Shown here piece by piece: positions 56,922-64,000 of a stretch of 64,000 nt of DNA. The DNA is from a virus (lineage: Duplodnaviria > Caudoviricetes). Positions within the stretch are counted from its first letter, which is position 1. The number at the start of each line of letters is the position of its first letter. The stretch is from positions 25,860 to 89,859 of the IMG/VR virus record IMGVR_UViG_2912649904_000001; one strand, 5' to 3'. A program made the translations under genes and the position numbers. The notes beneath the pieces are model-generated. The model ran no database searches and was not told the origin of the DNA. It saw nothing but the letters and a program-made list of their open reading frames with translations.

Positions 56922-57928
56922 CGGCGGTCCCCCTTCCCGGTGCGGCGAGCCTTGCGGCTGCCTGAACGCTTCGGCTGCACCCGCTTGCGGGGCAGCGTCG
57001 CGACCCTCTTCGGCTCCTGCGACCCTTCAGCCACCGCGTGTGCCACCTCGGCGTCTGCGAGGGCCTGGGCGTCCTCATCAGGGGCGTGGAGAACCTGCGC
57101 CTGCCCGGCGTCTCCGGCGTCATCGGCTCGGCCGAGCTGCACCAGCTCGGCCGACATGGGCACGACCTTGTGCAGACGGCGCAGCGCCGACTTCGACCAC
57201 ATCGCGTCGAAGTCCGTGTGCCAGAACGAATCGTTCTTCCCGGACTCCTTGGCCCGCTTGTACGCGGCGCTGTACTCGTCGCGAATGTCCTCGGCGTCCT
57301 CGCGGGACAGGATCACGACCTGCGAGCGGGCGCCCGAGGTCATCCAGCAGAACGCGTACGCCAGGATCGGCTTCCCGCGTTCCTCGCGGGACAGCTCCAA
57401 CGCAGGCTTGTGCGTGAAGTCGAGCGGCGCGGGGGCGGTGGGCTCGAAGTTCCACTCATCCCCGGCGTGGATCAGGCCGACGTGCACCGAGCCGACACGG
57501 CCGGAGCGGTACATCAGGTCGACGTAGCCCTGGTACATCGGCACGAACACGGCCAGCTTGCCCTCACGGCGGATCACCGCGTGACGGCCGTTCGGGATCA
57601 ACCCGAACCTGGCGCACGTCAGCAACGCCTGGAGGAGGCTGGCGGGGGTGCAGGACGCCAGGCCGGGCAGGACCGCCCGCACGGCGGAGAAGAACGCCCC
57701 GGTGTCGACGTGGGACGGCAGCGCCTTCGTGAAGTGGGCGCCGTACCGCTCCAGCCAGGCCAGGACGGCGTCGGTGGTCTCCCCGCCGTCCTGACGCTCG
57801 GCGGCGTGCAGCTCCTCCGGGGTGCCGCCGTCGACGGTCTCGGCTGCCCTCACCGGCTGTGGCTTCTTCGGCGCCTTGGCCTCGACTGTTGCCGCGCGGA
57901 CGCGGTCCTTCAGCGTGGTCGTTGTCAT
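56918..57928 (-). CDS. recT: RecT family single-strand annealing protein
   Basis: CTPASLL-A...GL-P, YQGYVDLMYRSG, W-TDFDAM-KSALRRL-K. Confidence 0.92.
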   Translation of the reverse strand: MTTTTLKDRVRAATVEAKAPKKPQPVRAAETVDGGTPEELHAAERQDGGETTDAVLAWLERYGAHFTKALPSHVDTGAFFSAVRAVLPGLASCTPASLLQALLTCARFGLIPNGRHAVIRREGKLAVFVPMYQGYVDLMYRSGRVGSVHVGLIHAGDEWNFEPTAPAPLDFTHKPALELSREERGKPILAYAFCWMTSGARSQVVILSREDAEDIRDEYSAAYKRAKESGKNDSFWHTDFDAMWSKSALRRLHKVVPMSAELVQLGRADDAGDAGQAQVLHAPDEDAQALADAEVAHAVAEGSQEPKRVATLPRKRVQPKRSGSRKARRTGKGDRR

Positions 57929-57930
57929 CG

Positions 57931-58980
57931 TCAGACTCCCTTCGCGGGCACGCGTAGGACACGAGCGCGGTGCTCGTCGTAGATCTCGGGGTGGTCGACC
58001 TTGAGCCCCTCGGTGTCGATGGCCTCGACCATGTGCGTGTACTTGGCGGCCAGTTCGGGGTGCGCCTCGCGGAACTTCTTCGACGCGAAGGTGCCGTTGG
58101 CCTTCCACGACCAGGCCGCTTTGCCGCCCGCCTGGGCGACCTCGTTCTCACCGGTCAGCAGACGCATCTCGTTCTCAACGAGACGCAGGTCGGCGGCGAG
58201 GGCCTTCTCCTGCTCTTTGAGGTCAGCCCGCCGGGCGCGCAGTTCCTTCGCCTTGACGACGTCGATCTCGGCGATTGTCTGAGCCTTCACCGACCAGAGC
58301 TTGGCCAGCAGGTTGGTCGTCGCCTCGTAGCCGTCGGCGGGCGGCTCGAAGCCCTCTACGACGTGCCGCTGGTACCAACTGCCGCAGTAGTCGACGAGGT
58401 AGCCGATCATCTCCTCGTCGCGTTCCAGGCGGGACCAGCGGATCGTGTTGCCGCCGACGAGCGCGGCCACGTAGCCGTGAGACCAGCCGCCGACGGCCAT
58501 GTACCAGTGGCACTGGATCGCCGGGGCGTCCGGGATCTTGCCGTCCTCCCAGTCGTCGATCTGGTACGCGGAGCGGTTCTTGCACTCCAGCGGACCGGAG
58601 ACTTGGCCGGTCTCATCGAGGGCGTATCGGTCGACGTTGGCGAGCATCCACGACCGGTTGACGTTCACGAGCGTGCCTGGCGGCATCACGACCGGGATTC
58701 CGGACCGCTTCGTGAACATGCGGGCGATGAAACCCTCGATCTCCGTGCCGATCTCGGCGGCCTCCGAGCTCACCTCGTCGGGGCGGCCGTGCTTGGCCTC
58801 GAAGACGTGGCGCGGGCTCGTGTACTTGCCCCCGCCGAGCCCGAGGATCGCTGCGACGTCGCTGCCGCCGATCCCGGCCCGGCGGGTGGCCTCCCACTCC
58901 TCGCGGGACGCGTCAGCGGGCAGCAGCAGCCGCGCCGTGGGCGCCTCAACGCGGGCGGCGGGTTCGATGATCGTGGTCAC
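57931..58980 (-). CDS. YqaJ-like viral recombinase exonuclease
   Basis: W-RRAGIGGSDVAAILG, LANVD, LECK, QCHWY. Confidence 0.92.
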   Translation of the reverse strand: MTTIIEPAARVEAPTARLLLPADASREEWEATRRAGIGGSDVAAILGLGGGKYTSPRHVFEAKHGRPDEVSSEAAEIGTEIEGFIARMFTKRSGIPVVMPPGTLVNVNRSWMLANVDRYALDETGQVSGPLECKNRSAYQIDDWEDGKIPDAPAIQCHWYMAVGGWSHGYVAALVGGNTIRWSRLERDEEMIGYLVDYCGSWYQRHVVEGFEPPADGYEATTNLLAKLWSVKAQTIAEIDVVKAKELRARRADLKEQEKALAADLRLVENEMRLLTGENEVAQAGGKAAWSWKANGTFASKKFREAHPELAAKYTHMVEAIDTEGLKVDHPEIYDEHRARVLRVPAKGV

Positions 58981-59208
58981 GCGGGGTCCTTCCGGAAGGA
59001 GTTGAGGCGGCGGTCGGCGGCTAGGGCCTCGATCTCGGCGGCGAGCCGGGTCGGGTCCTCGCTGGTCCACGCCGCGGTGGCCAGGTCCGCGCCCGATTCC
59101 AGGGCGGCGGCGGTCTGTCCGAGCACGGCCAGGAAGCGCTCGGGGTGCTCGCTCTTGGCGACCCGCTTCCGCGCCACGTCGGCGGGCGGGCGCAGGTCGC
59201 GCGGCAGG

Positions 59209-60072
59209 TCACGCATGAGCCCTCGCCTCCCGGCGGCAGGTGCCGCAGCGCAGGCTGACGAACTCGCCGTCGCGCCCGCGGTAGTCGACCCAGCCGCCGT
59301 CGCACTTGGTGCAGGCGTCGCGGGCGGCGGCCAGCTCGGGCAGGTAGCGGGCAGCGTCGCGGAGCGTCATGCGCGTCTCGCGGGCGGTGCGCTCCTCCTC
59401 GACGCGGCGCCCGGCCTCGCCGTAGCCGCCCAGTTCCAGGAACCGGGACGCGTCACGGGCGCTCGCGGATCGCAGTACCAGCGCGAGGGCATTCAGCAGG
59501 GCAACCGGCTCGTCGTACTCGCCGTCGCCGACCTCGTCGAGGTCGGCGTGATCGCGCAAGGCGTCCAGAGCGAGCTTCCTGTCACGCAGGTACTCGGCGA
59601 GCACCGAGGTGTACGTGTCGACGTGGCCGCACGGGTTGTCCCACTTGTCGACGGTGTACCAGTCACCGTCCTCGTGGAAGCGTTGCGGGACCGCCGAGCC
59701 GCGGGGGCCTCCGCAGCGCGGGCACTCGGCCGACAGGACGATGGAGCGGACGCTCACGCCGACGTAGCCGCTGCCCGTGCCCCGGTCGCACACCCGGTAC
59801 GTCATGGACGTCGGCCTCGGCGCGGGCTTGGGCAGGCCGGCCGTGTACCGAACCCACACCGCGGTGCCGTCCTCGTGCCTGGCGTCGTACGCCTCAAACG
59901 TCCCGGCCGGGGCGTAAGCGGGCATCCGCTCAGCACGAGGGATGCGCCGCGCAGCGCCACGTCCCGCTTCGGTCGACGCGTAGACACCGGCGAGGACCCA
60001 GCCGCCGCGTGCGGCACGTGCCGCACGGACGACGTCGCTGTGCTTGGTCAGCGTGCGCCTGGTGCTGGTCAT
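59209..60072 (-). CDS. Zinc-finger hypothetical protein
   Basis: CPRCGGPRG...WDNPCGH. Confidence 0.6.
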   Translation of the reverse strand: MTSTRRTLTKHSDVVRAARAARGGWVLAGVYASTEAGRGAARRIPRAERMPAYAPAGTFEAYDARHEDGTAVWVRYTAGLPKPAPRPTSMTYRVCDRGTGSGYVGVSVRSIVLSAECPRCGGPRGSAVPQRFHEDGDWYTVDKWDNPCGHVDTYTSVLAEYLRDRKLALDALRDHADLDEVGDGEYDEPVALLNALALVLRSASARDASRFLELGGYGEAGRRVEEERTARETRMTLRDAARYLPELAAARDACTKCDGGWVDYRGRDGEFVSLRCGTCRREARAHA

Positions 60073-60301
60073 CAGCGGCCACCGCCGCTCTGGCCGGTCC
60101 GCTGCCGGGGAAAGGCCACCAGGGCGCGGCGCAAGAGCCGGTTCGCGGGGTGCCGCAGCCGGGAGCAGTGCGGGCAGGTGAGCGGGTCGTGCGGGCAGCT
60201 AGGGTTGCCGTTCAAGGTTCCTCGATTCGTCGTGGTTGAGGTGCCTGGTGATCCGGGGGCGGTGTCGGCCCTGCACGGCCTGCCGTCCCGGGGTCGCCGC
60301 T

Positions 60302-60592
60302 CTAGGAGGCGGCGCGCTGGCGTCGCCGCCCGGAGGGACGGAGCGCCGCCAGTTCAGGCGTCGGGGGGATCTGCACCGGCTCGTCGAAAAGGCCGGGCGG
60401 GATGACGGTGAACATCGCCTGGATCAGGGCGAGTTCGCACTCGCAGAACGACGGCTGCTGGCCGATCTTCTGGTGCGGGAGGCGCTTGATGTTGTCCTCA
60501 AGGAAACGCCGATTGCACTTCAGCTTCTGGGCCGCTTCGTTGTAGTCGTAGTTCCGCACGCTCGTGCAGCGGCAGTAGGCCCGGCCCGTCAT
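60302..60592 (-). CDS. Excisionase-like HTH protein
   Basis: YDYNEAAQKLKC...LPHQKIG-F; ATGA-coupled to Cro-like gene. Confidence 0.65.
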   Translation of the reverse strand: MTGRAYCRCTSVRNYDYNEAAQKLKCNRRFLEDNIKRLPHQKIGQQPSFCECELALIQAMFTVIPPGLFDEPVQIPPTPELAALRPSGRRRQRAAS

Positions 60593-60864
60593 GCCGGGAC
60601 CTTCTCGCCGTGGTGGTGCGGCGAGAGCGCCGTGGCGGCCGGGCGCGAGATCCGGCCGGTCACCAAGTCGTCGATGTCGATGCCGTAGGCGTCGGCGACC
60701 GCGAAAAGAGTCGCCACGGTCGGTACGGTGCGGCCCGCGATGAGCCGAGAGATAGTCGACTCGCGTACGCCCGCGCGCTGGGCGATGGCGTGGTGCGTGA
60801 GGTCGCCGACCGATTCCGCTTTCTTGGTCAGCACGTCCGCGCAGAAGCGCAGCGTCGTGGCCAT
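60589..60864 (-). CDS. Cro-like XRE regulator
   Basis: IAQRAGVRESTISRLIAG-TVP; divergent from repressor. Confidence 0.85.
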   Translation of the reverse strand: MATTLRFCADVLTKKAESVGDLTHHAIAQRAGVRESTISRLIAGRTVPTVATLFAVADAYGIDIDDLVTGRISRPAATALSPHHHGEKVPA

Positions 60865-60879
60865 GAAACCCTCCAAAGG

Positions 60880-61103
60880 TCATGCATGCGTGCACGTCGT
60901 GCATGCATGCACAGACTAGACGGCATGCATGCGTGCACGCAAGTAGACACGAAGGGGCCATCTGGCGCGACTTTCAAGGTCGACTGCGCCGGTGCACCCG
61001 CCTCCAGCCTGGGCGTACTCATGATCTGCGGCCCGACCTGGAAACATGCACGCATGCACGCTATTCCCTTGGGCATGCATGCGCGCTAGCCTCCGAAGCA
61101 TGC
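60880..61103. promoter_or_regulatory. Immunity control region with TGCA/GCATGC-rich operator clusters
   Basis: CATGCATGCGTGCAC at 60881 and 60924; further related copies at 60899-60911 and 61045-61103. Confidence 0.75.
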
Positions 61104-61588
61104 GGAGTATGGAAAACCACCCCCAAGCACCAGGGGAGACACCCTCGGCGCGATTCGGCGCACTCGTCACCGACCTGGCCACCAAGGCCGGATATGACCT
61201 CTCCCCAAGGGCCGGTGGCAAGGCGGCACTTGCCAGGGACATTGGCAGCATGAGTGCGTCCGCTGTCAGCCGCATGATCGATGGCAAAACCCTCCCGATG
61301 CCTCACCAGCTCGAAGGCATCGCCCAGGCGCTGCACGTGGACGTGAGGACACTCCTCGTGACTGCCGGAGTAATTTCAGACAAAAGCTGGCCAAAAGACG
61401 AAAATTCGCAGGTACGCTCTGTTACTCAACAGTCACAGCCGATCTCCCCAGAGGATGCGGCAAATGCCTGGGGCATCACCGACCTCGGCATCCGCAGCAT
61501 GCTCATCGGCAGCATCCAGCAGGCGATCCGTCTGCAAGCTGAGGTCGACGGCCGCCGAGACACCGGGAGGGAGGCAGCAAGGGGGTAA
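61100..61588 (+). CDS. CI-like XRE immunity repressor
   Basis: KAALARDIGSMSASAVSRMIDGKTLP; TAGCCT -10 suggests leaderless start. Confidence 0.85.
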   Translation: MRSMENHPQAPGETPSARFGALVTDLATKAGYDLSPRAGGKAALARDIGSMSASAVSRMIDGKTLPMPHQLEGIAQALHVDVRTLLVTAGVISDKSWPKDENSQVRSVTQQSQPISPEDAANAWGITDLGIRSMLIGSIQQAIRLQAEVDGRRDTGREAARG

Positions 61589-61595
61589 CACCGGC

Positions 61596-62174
61596 ATGGC
61601 ACTCAGGACGATCATCGCTGCCGTCAGCGGACTCGTCACAGGAATCACCATCACGATCGCAGCCACCGACAGAATTCCCACGAACACGGTCGACAACCTC
61701 GCCTTCGCTATCGCCGTCCGGGTCGCGCCCATTACCTGTGCCCTGCTCATCGGGCACGCAGCGCTGCGGAAGTGGCTCGACGACTACACCGTCCAGGTCC
61801 GCGGCGTTTTCAGGGACGCCTCCCCTGACCAGACGTCGACCGCCGCCCAGACCGGTGTCGGCATCAGCCTGTCGAATCGTCGCTCTCCCACCGACGCCGA
61901 ACGGGTCAACGCTCTGACCGCCTGCCTGGCAGAGACGCAGGTTCAACTGCACGGCGAGCAGAAGAAGAACGACAACCTCCAGGCCGAGTTCGACGAACTG
62001 GTCGAGGACTACAACCGCCTCGTCACCGACGCCCTTCAACGAGCTGCGGACCGATTCGAGAACAAGCCCGCCGATCCGGCCCGGCGCTGCGTTGCGCGAA
62101 GAGCAGCATCCGGGCCGGTCGTCTCCATCACCACTCAGCGACCTGCCGAAGCGATCGAGCCGCGCGTGACCTGA
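61596..62174 (+). CDS. 2-TM membrane protein with coiled coil, co-oriented with repressor
   Basis: Two hydrophobic helices then heptad region; 7 bp after repressor stop. Confidence 0.65.
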   Translation: MALRTIIAAVSGLVTGITITIAATDRIPTNTVDNLAFAIAVRVAPITCALLIGHAALRKWLDDYTVQVRGVFRDASPDQTSTAAQTGVGISLSNRRSPTDAERVNALTACLAETQVQLHGEQKKNDNLQAEFDELVEDYNRLVTDALQRAADRFENKPADPARRCVARRAASGPVVSITTQRPAEAIEPRVT

Positions 62175-62179
62175 CCGCT

Positions 62180-64000
62180 CTACTCGACCGGCGAGTCCTC
62201 GGCGAAGCCCCCGCCGACGGACAGCGCCGGATGCGCGGCACAGGCCGCCAGCGCTTCCTCCCGCGCCCTTGCGAACGATTCCTGGACCTTCTCCAGATCG
62301 ACTCCCCACGCCTCGGCCCGGGTCAGTGCCGCGATACCGTCCTCGTGTCGCACGCGCGAGACCGCGTCCTTCTCGGTGTACCGCTCCTCCCACTCCCACA
62401 CCCACCGGGCCGCGACGTCCTCCAGGTCCACGCCAGTGCGCAACTCCGACCCGTCGGCGTTGTAGAGCGCCCCTCCCCACCAGACCCGGGCACGGCCGGG
62501 CATCCCCTCCCTGACGTCCTTGAGTCCGTTGGTCTGCTGGCGGCGCCACCAGTCGGCCGCCATCGTCTCGACGCGCACGGTGTCATCGGGGTGATCGATC
62601 TGCCACTGGTCGGCGACCGCCTTCGCATCGCCCCGCTTCCAGAACGCCTCGACGTGGGTGGAGAACTCGCCGTCGAAGTGCACGACGTGCACACGACTGC
62701 GGTCACCGGTGGCCGCGTCCGCCGCCAGGACCTCGTCGACGACACCGGGCCCGCCCCGGCCCAACGACCGGTCGATGATGTCCATAGCCGCATCGTCCGC
62801 CTCGGGCAGCAAGTGCCCGTACGTGTCCGAGGTCGTCTTGATGGACTCGTGCCCCAACCGGCGCTGCACGTACGTCAGTCCGCGCCCTTCCGACAGCAGT
62901 ACGGCCGCATGGCTGTGCCTCAGGTCGTGTGGCGTCGGCCGCTTCTGCCGTGACAGGAGCCCTTGCGCTTTGGCCCGCTTCACCGCGCGCTGCCACCGGC
63001 CATGGAACGTCGAGTAGTGCAGCCGCTGGCCCTGCTCCCCCGTGAAGTACAGCCGCGTGGGGTGCTCTCGGTCGTCGCCGCCGAGCTCGTTCGCCGCCTC
63101 CACTACGCCCCAGGACACGCGGATTGTGCGTCGACTGCGCTTGGACTTCGGGATGCCGACCTTGTAGCCGCCCGCCCCGTCCCGTTTCCACGCCCGCTTT
63201 ACCTTGATCTTCGGCTCGGCGGTGTCCCAGTCGATCAGGCACTCAGGTGCCAGGCACGTTACTTCGGACCATCGCATGCCGGTGCCGTACTTCACCTGCG
63301 CGAGGAGCTGGTCGCTGCGGCGCTCAAGGCAGGAGATGACACCCGCGACCTCATCCGGCGTCAGGAACTCCACATCCTCGCCGTCTTCCCCACCGTCATC
63401 GTCCGCGCGCGGCAGCCGCGTGCCCTCGCAGGGGTTGCGGGCCCGCAGCGGCGGCTCCGCCTTCACGGCCTCGTCGAGGATGTTGCTCAGCAGCCCATGC
63501 AGGTTGCGGATCGTCTTCGGAGACATGGGCCGCAGCTTGCCGGTGCCCGTCTTCGGCACCTGCCCGCGGTGCACCTTCGTCTTCTCCAACTTCCGTACCC
63601 ACGCCCGCACGGTGTCCTTGCTGAAGTGCTCCGTGCTGCGCACGTCGCACTCGCCGAACGTCGGGTGCACGTATCGGTCGAGGTCGCGGAAGCACGCCTG
63701 CCGGTAGTGCTCCTCAATGCCGGTCTTGTTCTCGACGAGGTTGGTCGCGAACTCCCGGAAGCGGTAACGCTTCTCGTCAGGATCGGCGGCGTTCTGGTCG
63801 ACGTAGCCCTGGCCCTTGACCCACCCGGCCGGCCACTGCTGCCCGGCCTCGTCCACCGCGTCCTTGAACACTCCGGCCGAGGTCTCGTCGTCGAAACGCT
63901 CACCTTGCCAGTCACCGTCACGGGCGCCGCCAGCACGCCACTTCACGCGGTAACTGGTCACCTCACCATGCTTGTTCTTCAGCGGTTGCACGTAGGCCAT
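62180..64000 (-). CDS. int: Tyrosine integrase with long C-terminal extension
   Basis: TGMRWSE, PKS, HDLRH, LGH, TYGH catalytic motifs. Confidence 0.95.
   Translation of the reverse strand: MAYVQPLKNKHGEVTSYRVKWRAGGARDGDWQGERFDDETSAGVFKDAVDEAGQQWPAGWVKGQGYVDQNAADPDEKRYRFREFATNLVENKTGIEEHYRQACFRDLDRYVHPTFGECDVRSTEHFSKDTVRAWVRKLEKTKVHRGQVPKTGTGKLRPMSPKTIRNLHGLLSNILDEAVKAEPPLRARNPCEGTRLPRADDDGGEDGEDVEFLTPDEVAGVISCLERRSDQLLAQVKYGTGMRWSEVTCLAPECLIDWDTAEPKIKVKRAWKRDGAGGYKVGIPKSKRSRRTIRVSWGVVEAANELGGDDREHPTRLYFTGEQGQRLHYSTFHGRWQRAVKRAKAQGLLSRQKRPTPHDLRHSHAAVLLSEGRGLTYVQRRLGHESIKTTSDTYGHLLPEADDAAMDIIDRSLGRGGPGVVDEVLAADAATGDRSRVHVVHFDGEFSTHVEAFWKRGDAKAVADQWQIDHPDDTVRVETMAADWWRRQQTNGLKDVREGMPGRARVWWGGALYNADGSELRTGVDLEDVAARWVWEWEERYTEKDAVSRVRHEDGIAALTRAEAWGVDLEKVQESFARAREEALAACAAHPALSVGGGFAEDSPVE

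Larger units (their letters stand above)
1..64000 (-). mobile_element. Temperate actinophage prophage (partial; tail/lysis genes and att sites outside window)
   Basis: Integrase, repressor, recombination/replication genes, terminase, portal, head genes in phage order; WhiB and high GC indicate an actinobacterial host. Confidence 0.95.

Noticed and set aside
1-64000. Long plus-strand ORFs such as 1105-2877, 31555-33399, 50909-53011 and 57970-60405
   Set aside because: Antisense shadows of real genes in high-GC DNA; Arg/Gly/Pro-rich with no motifs

Overview
The whole window is one high-GC temperate actinophage prophage (Streptomyces-like), with almost all genes on the minus strand. From right to left it carries: a tyrosine integrase; a CI/Cro/Xis immunity region; YqaJ-RecT-exonuclease-RusA-WhiB early genes; a replication initiator with internal iterons; a GntR-flanked, plasmid-like membrane operon with no TraB; about 22 kb of accessory genes headed by two dispersed operator/promoter motifs; a DNA-modification cassette; terminase; portal; a MuF-2H-protease polyprotein; and the major capsid. 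Tail genes and att sites lie outside the window. The best candidate for a new system is an atypical tRNA-Gly(UCC) at 15753-15827. It keeps the GlyRS identity elements but has the hallmarks of non-ribosomal tRNA-Gly (T-loop GTGC, no D-loop GG, A51-U63). It lies directly upstream of an adenine-MTase-fold/GNAT-like fusion gene, a ParB-like gene and the terminase, which suggests a packaging-linked, Gly-tRNA-dependent DNA hypermodification module with its own donor tRNA. Family assignments come from motif recognition by eye; no searches were run.
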